Source: Schizochytrium sp. TIO01 | Lineage: Eukaryota; Protista; Bigyra: Labyrinthulomycetes | Direction of reading: 5' to 3' | DNA: 64,000 nt | NCBI GenBank assembly: GCA_004764695.1 | Contig: SMSO01000031.1 | Coordinates: forward strand, 4,254,436-4,318,435 | Shown here: one piece after another, positions 1 through 11,200 of the stretch | How the letters are laid out: the number at the start of each line of letters is the position of its first letter | Numbering within the stretch: the first letter of the stretch is position 1 | Notes under the pieces: model-generated | The model's input: only the letters and a program-made list of their open reading frames with translations | Told to the model about the DNA's origin: nothing | The model's database searches: none | Made by a program: the position numbers and the translations under genes

Positions 1-2
1 TT

Positions 3-641
3 CTTCTTGAACTGCCTATTGACTCTCGAACTCATACTGCGAGTGGCGAGGCACTTGCAGTACTCAGGAGAGCGCTTTTCGACGATACCGATACACCGAC
101 TTGCTTCGCAGCGAAATATGCAAAACAGCGCACTGTTGATCAACATGCGGAGATTGGTGACCTTGCAGCAAGGAATCATTCTTTACTAACAGACATGGAG
201 ACCCTTCAGGACCAAAACACAAAGTTGCAATCGGAGTTAGAAGCCTCACGTGCCGCCTGTACCGAGGGCGAACAAAGAGAAGAAAAGTTACATCAGTACG
301 TACATCGCTTACGCCAGGATCTCATGAGCTCGTTTGATGATCTTAAACACATGGAAGCGAATAAAGATAACGCGGTTTCAATGGTGAAACATCGCACGTT
401 AGAGCTCGCGACAGCAGAGCAGCACCTTGAAAACGCATTGAAGACTGCACAAGTGCTGAGGCACAACCTTGAAACAGCTCAAGGGCAGATTGATGATCAG
501 ATGAGTCACATAAACGAACTTCGATGCGAAGCTATAAACTTGTGGGCTCATATTGAAAACCCTGAAATGTGTGAGCGTCCACGACGGAAAAGTAAGCTTC
601 TCCGTCATAGCTTTGCCAACGCTGAAAGCCCACCACCATAA
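3..641 (+). CDS. Coiled-coil protein, 3' part (5'-truncated by the window edge)
   Basis: The frame of the 195..641 ORF is open back to base 3 (LLELPIDSRTH...ARNHSLLTD-METLQDQNTKLQSELEAS...). Heptad-patterned L/E/Q/K-rich sequence; TAA at 639-641. Confidence 0.75.
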   Translation, partial: LLELPIDSRTHTASGEALAVLRRALFDDTDTPTCFAAKYAKQRTVDQHAEIGDLAARNHSLLTDMETLQDQNTKLQSELEASRAACTEGEQREEKLHQYVHRLRQDLMSSFDDLKHMEANKDNAVSMVKHRTLELATAEQHLENALKTAQVLRHNLETAQGQIDDQMSHINELRCEAINLWAHIENPEMCERPRRKSKLLRHSFANAESPPP

Positions 642-1626
642 AATTTGTATTATGTAGCGGCGCTTGCATTTAAAGCTTTGTACATTAATTCTTCACCTAA
701 GCTGTGCCAGGAGCTGCTTGAATGGGCACGATACCCACAACCACTCAAACATTGTAGAAATTTGACATTACACATGAAGAAGGAGAAGGAGAACTAAGAA
801 AATCGAAGTATGCCCTGGCGCTTAGGGTCCAGTGTTTTTTTTTTAAAGTTAAGGTATACTCTTGATTTAATGTTTTATCTTTTAATCTGTGATGGATTCG
901 TGATTCACGAAAAACACTAATATGGCTGAGAAAGAAAAAGACTAGTGCACCGGCAGTGAAAAACAGAGTAGGCCAAGGTGTTGTATTGGCTATGGAGAAA
1001 ACTAGATGCATCAGGAGCTTACTTACATTGGAGTGTGAACCCAAAGCTAGCTCCGTACATAATGTGCGTTGCTGTGTAGAGTATAGAATCAAAAGTGGAA
1101 TATATGTGATTCAAAACGTCGTATTTATTATTGCCTGCTTTTACAGAGGTTAGTTCTATATCCTGCAACTTTTAAAAGAAAGGAAAAGTCCTCACGAGTC
1201 CATTGGCTTCCCCTCTATTACAACACAATCCGCTAGCGAAGGCCCCCCATGACTAGAGGCAAGCTGCGCTGAAGAGGCTGACCAGATTATTGAAAGACCG
1301 GTTGTGATAATAATAGCAGTAATAGCAGCGGTTCGAGCATTTTGCGGATACGTGAGGTGAGTTTTACCAAGTCCACCCAGCCTTAATCTGAATAAAAGAG
1401 AGATTAGCGGTCATTCATATTTAATTTGATTTTGTCTTTGTTTTTTCCCTTAAAAGAAGCGCATTTGTACTTAATGCCGACGAGCTGCGATAGTCAGAGG
1501 CAGCCAAAAGTAAACGTGAGTTTAGGATTTACCAGTTGCAGGATGTGTATTTCATATGTGTGTAAGGTTCGCGATGCAAGCATGCAAATAAAGAATAAAA
1601 GAAAGCAATCATCAGCATCGTCTACT

Positions 1627-2325
1627 CTAAAGGTTGTATTTTTGGTACAATGCAGCGTATTTATCACGGATGGCATGCTCATCGTCGTCCTCACCTTCTT
1701 CTCCGCCGTAGATGTTGTTCCCCGTGTTGAGCGAGTTGTCCAAGTTGGAGTCGCGATCACCATCGCCATAGACGCCCTCAAGAGCGCCATACTCCATGTC
1801 GCGCCTCGATGAGCCACCCAGCGGCTTGCTCGGTTCGTAATCAAAATCTCTCCGAGAGCGAATACCGTAGACACGAATCGTTACGAGCAAGTTCAAGCCT
1901 AATACCACACCAAGTATTAAGAAAAATAACGCTACAATGCGAACTTGCTTTTCCACGTGCGGGATCTCCTGCACTTGGGGGTTTGCAGATTCTGCGATAC
2001 GTCTTTTGAAGAGGATGAATATCAGGCTGGTGAGCACGCTCAAGGCCATCAATGCCCGTAGCACGAAGATATATACAGAGAGCACAGCGCGAGAGCTATC
2101 TGCGTTAACTAAAATCGAGGCGCACGAGAGTACCAACAACGTGAATCCAGTCATCATGGGCATGATTTCTAGCACCGTCAGAGTCCTCTCTTCATACCCA
2201 AAGAACACGGCCAGTGACAGGAGCGCTATGCTTGACACGAATAGCACCACATTCAACAAACGGTACATGCACAGCGCCACGTCGTCCACCACCTGGTCGC
2301 GAAATGTCTGAGAAAACCACGCCAT
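1627..2325 (-). CDS. Four-TM tetraspanin-like membrane protein (TOM2A-like), 232 aa
   Basis: First ATG at 2325 (MAWFSQ...); the ORF track starts at an upstream TTG. Four hydrophobic helices in tetraspanin spacing, short EC2 loop without CCG, acidic cytosolic tail ending IRDKYAALYQKYNL. Confidence 0.75.
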   Translation of the reverse strand: MAWFSQTFRDQVVDDVALCMYRLLNVVLFVSSIALLSLAVFFGYEERTLTVLEIMPMMTGFTLLVLSCASILVNADSSRAVLSVYIFVLRALMALSVLTSLIFILFKRRIAESANPQVQEIPHVEKQVRIVALFFLILGVVLGLNLLVTIRVYGIRSRRDFDYEPSKPLGGSSRRDMEYGALEGVYGDGDRDSNLDNSLNTGNNIYGGEEGEDDDEHAIRDKYAALYQKYNL

Positions 2326-3193
2326 CGTGGCTACGTCAACCCTTGCTTCCGCCAAACTTGACCCCGCCGCAACCTCCTTTTCAGCTCTGCCTTTGGTATC
2401 GCTATCCGAGTCTCTCTCTCTCTATCTCTATCTATCTATCACCTCTATATTCATTTATTCCCCTCCCTTATCCCCCTCTCTTCAACTTCTTCTCTTTCCT
2501 TTGGAAACGCGATATCCTCCTTTCACTATTGCCTACTAACCTGCTTATTATTAGGTACATACATCCATCATCCTCAACAATAAATAACAGGAAACTTGAA
2601 AACCAAAACTTAAACAGTCTCCCTCTAACAGTCACGTAGGAAAGCGCCCTTACCGCCTGCTTAAGCCTATCCCTACTACTACTGAGCTTCTAAGAATCTG
2701 CTTCGCTTTTTCCTTTCTACGAGTCTTCTTAGGCTCCGCTAGCTAACCCTCCCATTACCTTTTGCCCTAGCAGGCACCACCTACCACCAGGGCTACCTAT
2801 ATTATACCTGCTATTGCTATGGTTAAAATTTGAGGAAAGAATAATAGCTAATAAGAATGACGCTTTAAAGTCGCCAGGTGCTAGCGCTCGTCTAAGAGGA
2901 ATCGACGGCTGGTGCCTTTCCGTCTGCAGTAAGCGGGCTTCTTCTGCACAAGGAAGCTAGCTGTCTGTATGTAGTAGTAGTTCATGGAGAGCAGAAGCTT
3001 CCTCTCGTACAAACTAGCTAGTTAGGTAGCAGGGACCGACTGAAGTTGTTATGAATTTTATATGACCTTGTGACCTTGTGGTAAAGCAAGCAAGCAAGCC
3101 CCAATCATTCACAGGCTAGCAGTGGCAGCAGCACAAAACATGAAGATTCACTCACTCATTTGCATTCTTAGCGTCCAACCGAAAGAAAGGGAG

Positions 3194-4950
3194 TTACTCA
3201 CTTGTGCAGGTAGTAGTACTTGATTTTCGCGCAGAGTCCAGCTTGAAAGATGATGATAATGGACAGAAGAAGAAACGATCGAAATAAACCAAGCTAGGCA
3301 ACGGTGGTGTATTATGTAGTACTGCAACATTGTTCACCGCAACAACTGTGAAGAGATTTCGTTTAATCCAACACAAGAAGCAACAATTGCAGTGGCAGAT
3401 GATCAACGAAACGTCTCGCAGAAGGACAAGCGAGAATACATAATCGAGTGGCTGCCGCTGCCAGCGGAAGCAGCCGCTTCCCGGCGCTAAGTCAGGATGT
3501 TTGTTATCTGTAGTAGTACAAAACCGTTCTGAAATTACTTCCAGCAGCTCAACGGGAGGAGTCAACTGGAGTGGCGCTGCGAGATGGAGCAGAGTTTCCC
3601 TTTTCATGCACCCCGTTCCTGCTACGAGATCTGTTGCTTGTGATAGTCTGCTTGGTTAGGTTCTTCTCGACACTCTGGCAAATTTTATTTTGTATTGATT
3701 CGCGTGAAAGAGAGAAGTGAAACCAATCAAAAGAGGTCTTTCGATGAATGAAATTATGTTCTGTTAGTAGGCTGCTAACAGGACGTACCCTTTGAAAACA
3801 GCTGCATTAGTTATATTACGCTCGTCAAGGACCGGTACAGAAGTTGCTTCAAAAGCTTTCTCTGATTGCTATTGTCTTGCGAAATTATGTCGATGCACCC
3901 CAATTCGCTAGATAGGATCCTGACGGACGCAAGCATAAATTTTGGGGAGTTGAATGGTGAGGATGTTATGAGGTTAGTAGTCATGTCATTCTGGCATTAT
4001 CACTCAAGGAAGCGTTGCCCTATCACAAGTTTTCTTGGTCTTGTTTTTGCCTGTTCTAATGAGCGAGCCGAACCAACCCAAAAATCAAACTATACAGATG
4101 AATTTATAAAAAATCCTTTTAATTAATCTAACAATTCATAGCGCTGAGTTTAGGAACATATTTAATGTGATCTCGATCAAGAGCAAGATGTTGTCAACTT
4201 ATCGTTGTGAGTTCGCTCTTGAATTGTTGATGTACAAAAAAGTAAAAAGCTGCAAGAGTCAATTACAAACGTAAACAAGAGAAAGCGTTATTTGACACTC
4301 TCCGACACTCCAGCAATCGTTATTGCAGTGTCTGTCTCAAATTTGCGTCAGAAAAGAGAAGACCAATTCCTAGCTCAAGCTGTGTCCATCCATACAACTC
4401 TTACTATATATTAAATTTGTAGCTCGTAGACCTCCAGCTTCGTTGCAATTTAATCTTCACCACGCCTTGAAATCAATAAAAACACCGGACTCTCCAAAAC
4501 ACTTTTCCTCGGCATCTCAAATTTCTGCAATTTAATCCCAAGCCACGAATGTGTCTCGAACAGTTGCTGCTACCGGCGATGAGGTGTAAACTCTAACACG
4601 TGTCAAATGCACACCTTCTCTGGCACATTTGCTAGCAACTCAAGTCTTGACAGACAATGGCTCCGAACCTCCATTTGATGATTTCACTCTTCAATTTTTC
4701 AAGTTTGGCCAGCCTCATGCACCCAGTCAGCCCCTTCATCACACCCAGCCCGTGCTCAGGATGCTTCAGCCTCACGCATCCACGTCATTATCGCATCATC
4801 TTCGTCTCGAAGCACCTCGAGGAATTCCTTTTCGAGGTACAGCTCCCACCTAGGCGCTATTACTAATAGTCCTTGCCCATGCTAATAGTGTCTCCAGATC
4901 AGCCAGAAGTTTGGAAGACCTTGATCGAATATGAGCGAGCACACACGCAC
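3194..4950 (-). pseudogene. Possible decayed protein-coding relic
   Basis: Minus-strand fragments interrupted by stops and frameshifts read protein-like: PRWELYLEKEFLEVLRDEDDAIMTWMREAEAS*, LELLANVPEKVCI*HVLEF (F-box-like), ETLLHLAAPLQLTPPVELLEVI (ankyrin-like). Confidence 0.25.
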
Positions 4951-5521
4951 GCCCAAAACCTCCCTCCTAAGACAGCCTGCGGCAGAACCAGAACATCTAA
5001 GCTGCAATCGTTCGCAGGCGTCTGCCTGAGGTCCTGCGACTGTCACGGTGCGCAATTTTATCTTAGCAAGGTGCCACCTGCGAGGAACTTGCAGAGTGAT
5101 CGGCCTGTGGCTCTGTTCTTCTTTTGTTTCTCTGTTTATTTCTTTGTTGAAACTTGTTCGTTCGAGTTTCTTTATCTAAAAATTTTCGTCTCCGCGAGCA
5201 AACAAAACCACTGCTCGCTGAGACCTCGCTGCTCACCTGCTGCCGGGCGCTCAGGGGGGACGTCTTTGCCGGCGCTCCGACGCTTTATTTTCTTGCGGCG
5301 CGACTAAGGAGAAAGCCTCGCAAGGAAGGAGAGAGCCTTGCAGCGGTCGGTTCGAGAGCCTCGGCGGCCGCTGGCTCGAGCTATTAAGGCCTTCAGGCTT
5401 TTCGGGCCCGAGACGAGGGCCGAGCGTGGAAGGTTGCCTCTGGGCAGAGTGAGGGTATTTCGTATATTCTCTTCGTTTTACCTTTGAGCTTGACGCTCTT
5501 GGGTGGCCGGTTTCTGCGGAT

Positions 5522-5800
5522 ATGATGACTCCATGTGTCAAACTCATGCGCTTTGTGCTGCTTATTGTCGTGCTTATGCAGTTGTTTGGCCTACACTTGG
5601 AGGTGAAAGCCCAGAGTTTGGGTGCCCAGGGTGCCGCAAAGCTGGGCGACAGCGCCACGGCTGCTGGATCTCAAAGCGGGCCTGGGCAGAGAAAACTCAT
5701 TGGGGACGCACAAGCGCACGACGATACATTCGTGAGCTTTGAGAAGTTCAAGGAGAATATGCTTGATAAAATCAGGCAAGAGCAGGCAAGGCTTCATTGA
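5522..5800 (+). CDS. Small secreted protein / propeptide precursor, 92 aa
   Basis: ATG start; hydrophobic core RFVLLIVVLMQLFGL; V-K-A|Q signal-peptidase-type site; Gly/Ala/Ser spacer; RKL motif; amphipathic C-terminal helix. Confidence 0.6.
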   Translation: MMTPCVKLMRFVLLIVVLMQLFGLHLEVKAQSLGAQGAAKLGDSATAAGSQSGPGQRKLIGDAQAHDDTFVSFEKFKENMLDKIRQEQARLH

Positions 5801-5952
5801 GCTTCTTCTTCAATCCCCAAATATCTTACTGTTGAATAGATTAAAAAGCAATTTCTCAGCACTGTCTTGACCACGATGCTGTGACGGTGCTCTTTTTTTT
5901 TTTTTTAATGAAGAGGACAACTAAAACGACGGCAAACATGTGATTATGCAAG

Positions 5953-5953
<1 letters not shown>

Positions 5954-5988
<35 letters not shown>
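5954..5988. repeat. (CT)n microsatellite
   Basis: Direct reading. Confidence 0.9.
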
Positions 5989-5992
<4 letters not shown>

Positions 5993-6380
5993 GTGGTGTC
6001 GTCTTAAAGGTTATCTGAAGCATCAATGGACATTTTTTTTAAATTGTCCCACACGCCTATGTATTCAAACAAAGCCATCTATCTGATGCAAGCATATGTG
6101 AGACAAAGATTTCCCAAGTCCATCCTTTTCTCTTTTCCTTCAAAATCCACCAAACCATTAAACAAAACCAAGAAACAGATCTAGAAATAAACAAGCAAAC
6201 TGGCAAAGACCAAGCTTCCCAAACTTAACATTCTTCAAACGTCTACACGAATGTTCGTTTGTCACTTCCTCTCTCGCAACCTTATACGCATTGCTCTTCC
6301 TCTACAATCAAGCCAACAAGTTTTCTTAAGTGAACAAGCAAAAACCAAGCAAGTCTTCATTTACATTGTTGTATATCCAA

Positions 6381-6881
6381 TCAGTATTCGTATAACTTCA
6401 CTGTCCTCACAAGCTTATCTTCGCACTCGCGGTAATTCCGCCAATACGTATAGTACCCATTTTGCTTTACTCGCAAGCACTTGATGAAGCCATCTTCTCC
6501 CCAACGTTCAGGCTCTCCATAGACAGTACAGTATTCGTACACATCTCTCCAACCAACGCATTGCAATCGGTGGTTATCCTCCACCAACTTGGACCACTCG
6601 CGAGCCCGGGTCATACGCATTGGCTTCGGAGGAATTCTCTTCACAGGCTGCTGGTCGTTGAAACTTGCATATTTACTTTCACGTGAGTCTCGAGAAGATG
6701 ACTCAATCTTACATCTTGGGTCTTCCGTATCATGAAGCCCTTTACGACGTGAGAGTGGCACTTGAGACCTCAAAAGGTTTCGCGCAGACGTATTACTGCG
6801 ACCAAAACTTCTTGGAGCTGTCGTTGCTGTTATTGCGCTGCTGTTTTGGCGCTGGCTCAACTGCATCCCGGTTACCTCCAT
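6381..6881 (-). CDS. MEIG1: Meiosis expressed gene 1 (MEIG1) family protein, 166 aa, with N-terminal low-complexity extension
   Basis: The C-terminal ~85 aa (PKPMRMTRAREWSKLVEDNHRLQCVGWRDVYEY...ERWGEDGFIKCL...YYTYWRNYRECEDKLVRTVKLYEY) align through to the C-terminus with human MEIG1 as I recall it ([25 protein letters not shown]...DRWPETGYVKKL...[23 protein letters not shown]). Confidence 0.9.
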   Translation of the reverse strand: MEVTGMQLSQRQNSSAITATTAPRSFGRSNTSARNLLRSQVPLSRRKGLHDTEDPRCKIESSSRDSRESKYASFNDQQPVKRIPPKPMRMTRAREWSKLVEDNHRLQCVGWRDVYEYCTVYGEPERWGEDGFIKCLRVKQNGYYTYWRNYRECEDKLVRTVKLYEY

Positions 6882-8260
6882 GGTCTCCGCGTTTACGGCA
6901 ATTTACCAGCTATTTTTAGCGTTTTCAATACGCTTAACGTTCTTGCAGCTGCACCCAGCGCCCAGCAATGACAGCTAGTCTTGGGGTTTTTCAATTTACG
7001 ATTTGCCAGGAATATTACGACTCCTTTCAAAAGATCGCAACGTCTCCCTTTACTTATTCAAAGAGAAAGAAAAATGAAATCAAGAGAACTTGGACCAGTT
7101 ACGCGAATAACTAATCAGGTTTATGAAGTCTTGATAGTCTTTGTATAGTACTTTTATTCTATGTACCAGTCTATCTAACTCAATATACAACGTTCACCTA
7201 GCTCTCCTATTAATTGATTATTATAAGGCAAGCTTTGGCGTTTCAGAATTTGGACGCGACGAAGTGTTTCCAGAACGCTTACTAGAAAGATCTTCTTCTT
7301 GCGGCTACCGTGGACTTTCAAGATTAACAACGGGCAAGGGATCAAATTTGGCAAATCAAGGAGTTTGCTCTTATTGCCTTGTGCACGAATATCGATCGCT
7401 GCATCCCAGCACAGATGGCAAATTCCGCAGATATTAAGTCGTGGACGTGAACGAATACATCCCCCCATTCTTCACACTGGCAACCCATGTAAAGGCAACC
7501 AGATGCCTTATGTTAAGACCTACTTTAACACGAAACTCCGCCATCATTGTCACACCCTGTTCATCAAAAGAAACGGCGGCACAGTGCACACCAGACCATG
7601 TTCCCGTTCCAGCTCTGTCTATCAAACTTTTATCACCAGACTTAATTCCTTACTTTATTTACTGTGATTTAATATTTCCGTGTCACTTAATAAAGAACCC
7701 AATTGGGTGCACACCTTCTACATTGGCTTTTTATTTTTAATGCAGTCTTGTATAGTTGCACCACTCATGCGAAAGTGGATCTGGACTTACCAGTACTAGT
7801 ATAGGTACCTGGCATGCTTCGTTCATCTTACAATGGGATTAAGTCGTGATACCCAATGGGGAAGTCAAAGAGCAAAAGGTGAAGGAATTGTGGAATATGG
7901 ATTCTTGGAGGACATCAAGAACCTGATTCTTAGTCTAATTGGGTATAGAGGATGAGCGCGGCAGTGTAGAATTGATTCCAATGTATCATAAATATTGTAA
8001 TTCTAATCAGACGAGTAAGTAGTACCAATGGGCTTAGGCCGGAGCAAGCACGAGCAAGAGTAAAATCGTTTGCAGACACAGAAACGAAAAAGTTACAACG
8101 GAGTGATACATTTCCAAAAGTTAAGCGTGAGCGCGTCTGAGCAATCTGTTTGCTAAAAGAGCATACGGTATCCTTTCACTAAGGTGGACACACGGTATTG
8201 CCCGAGCTGAAGGCAAGCCGCAACAAGTGGAGGAGGTCGCACGGAGCAAATATACAATAG

Positions 8261-11200
8261 ATGCCAACAATGGATGCCTTATCATGGAAAAATGATGTGG
8301 ACCATGCCGGCAAGGATTCAAGCATCATTGCTGGGGCCAAGCATGTGGCGATGGAGGAAACCAAGGATGATGACAAGTTAGATACCAGAAGCCCCAGAAA
8401 CTCCATAAGCTCTATGGACCAGGTCTGGATCTGGAAGGGTGACATGTCGGGGGTGGAACTGTTGCCTGTTGTGGGTCGCACCAAAACTTCGGTGACCGTG
8501 GAGGATGACGAGGGTGAAGAGCAGATCCTAGATGTGGCTCAAACTTTCCCATTTAATGAAGGCCACCTTTCAGACTGCAATGATGCTGCTGACATGAACG
8601 ATCTGCACGAGCCTGCCTTAGTTGGATTACTACAGCGGCGCTTTGGTGCTGAAAGAATTTACACATTTTCCGGGGATGTTTTAATCTCTGTGAACCCTTA
8701 CAAAACGATTTCTAATCTATATACAATGGACAACTGGGAAACACATGGGCCTCATGTTTATGCGGTGGCCAAAAGGGCACTGGATGGCCTTCCGGCAAGC
8801 CAGGCCATTCTCGTTAATGGTGAGAGCGGAGCAGGTAAAACTGAGGCTACAAAACGTATCCTCAATTTCCTGGCCGCGCTTAGCCAACACACAAGTGAAA
8901 GTCTTCCGGCGAAAATCATGACCAATAGCAATCCAGCCCTGGAGGCTTTTGGCAATGCAGTGACGATCCGCAACGATAATTCTTCTCGTTTCGGAAAGTA
9001 TGTTAAGATCTGGTTTGATGAAGCTAAGAATCTGCGAGGTATTTCTATGCATCAGTTTCTGCTGGAGCAGAGTCGATTGATCTCTCATGCAAATGGCGAA
9101 CGCAACTATCATATTTTCTACCAGCTTATAGCTGGTGCCCGGCAATATGGGTGGAGTGATTTGCAGCTGCATGCAGGATCGCAAGCTTTTTCGATCCTTC
9201 GTTGTGATAATGTTGAAGGCCTTGACACCCGCGATTTTGAAGATTTTGAGGCTACAGTAACCTCTTTGAAGGACCTGGGCATCGGAGCTGCTCAAATAAA
9301 TTCTATATGGCGTCTCTTGGCAGGCTTATTACACCTTGGTAATGTTGAGTTTGTTCCTTCTAAGCAAAAGGAAGAACATGCAACGTTAAGTGAGTCGGCG
9401 AAGAAAACACTTGCGGTGGCATGTTCGCTCCTTGGCATCAATGGTGCAGATATTGAACGCGTACTTTTACAGCGGTCAATCGGAGGGAAATCCTCCGTGG
9501 TGACTATCCCGTTGTCAGTCACAGAAGCTTTCCAGTCCCGGAACGGTTTTATCAAGACGGTCTACTCTCGCACATTTGCATGGATTGTAGAACAAACGAC
9601 TCATCATGATCAGGAGTATAGTGATGCGTCCACTCCTTCTTCGATTGGCATCCTTGACATTTTCGGATTTGAAGTGCTAGAACAGAACTCGCTTGAGCAG
9701 CTATGTGTAAACTTTGCCAATGAGGAGCTGCAGCGGCTATTCAACTGGCATGTTTTTGAACTCGAAAAATCACGATATGCTGCAGAGGGTATTAGTTGGG
9801 ATGTTAAGGCATGTTGCGATAATCAAGAGCTACTTGCAGCGATTCGCCAATGCTTTACCCTTCTAGAAGAGCAAGGTAGACTAGGTGCCCGGGCATCTGA
9901 CCAAAATCTGATTGCGCAACTCGACCTTGGCGACCTTGTGAAGCGGGATCGTGTTGCAGCTTCGGATCAATTCATTGTAAAGCACTTTGCTGCTTCCGTT
10001 ACATACAAGATTTCAGGTTTTCTTGAAAAGAATAATGACGCCTTACAGGCAGATCTCAGCGACTTCCTGGTAGCGAATGCCTTTGTAGAGAGTTTTCTAG
10101 CACAGCAACTCTTTCCAAGGCCCGATGAACAAGCAGAGCATGAATTAGCGCTGTCAACAGGGGGGCGTGGTCGCCGCCAGGCACGCAAAATGGCGTCTAT
10201 CAATAGTGTATCAAGTCGCTTTCGTGGACAAATGGCAAAACTTGTGGAGGACCTGCAAACAACACAGTTACATTTTGTTCGATGTGTCAAGCCCAACATG
10301 CATAAGAACATGGATGATTGGGATACAGGGCTAGTTGTGAATCAACTTCGGCACCTCGGTGTTATGGAGGCTGTCCGAATCCGTCAAGAAGGCTTCCCCG
10401 TGACCGTGAGCTTTGAGGATATGGTAGAGAATTTTGGAATGCTCTTGTCCGAGTCTGCATTGCATGAGCTATCTATGCGTGAAGCAGCAGAACTGATCCT
10501 ATCCAGTGCACTAGGCGAGACTTCGAAGGGTTTTGGCTGGCAAGTTGGCACAAATGATCTCGTGTTTATGACCAAAGCTTCCCAGAAGGCATTGCAACAT
10601 GCCAAGTACGAGGATACGCGTCGACGTGAGGAACTCGCGCGCATTGAACGTGAGATTGCTTTGATGAAACAGATCGCTTTGGAGAGACAGCTGCAACAAG
10701 CTCAGGCAGAGGTGGAGGCAAAGGCACTAGCAGAAGCTGAAGCAAAGGAAAAGGCTCGCAAAGACGCCATAGAGGCTGCTGCAGCTGCAGCAGTTGCAGA
10801 TGCAGAAGCTAAAGCGGAAGCAGAAGCTAAGGCTTATGCTCTTGCTCAAGCAGAAGCCGAATCTAAGGCTGCGGCAGAAGCTGAAGCCAAAGCCAAGGCT
10901 GCGGCAGAAGCCAAAGCTAAGGTAGAAGCTGCCGAACTTTTAGCAGCTGAAGAGGCCAAGGCTGCAAGTGAAGCTGCCAAGAGACAAGAAAATGCTATTT
11001 GCATCCAATCTTGGTGGCGAATGATTACATTGAAGCACCAGATGGATAAAATTTTGCAGGCCCGGGGCCCCTGGCAGGATGTACTTGAGCCAAATGAGGC
11101 TGCGTTGTTGAGTTCATTTGTAGTGCATAGTTCTGAGAGTGAGATTGTGCGTCGCCTTGGCTTATCCAAGTTTACTGTGCTAGATCGCTTCTTACGTTCG

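Noticed and set aside
184-192. TACTAAC-AG branch-point/acceptor look-alike
   Set aside because: The reading frame is open straight through from base 3, so no intron is needed.
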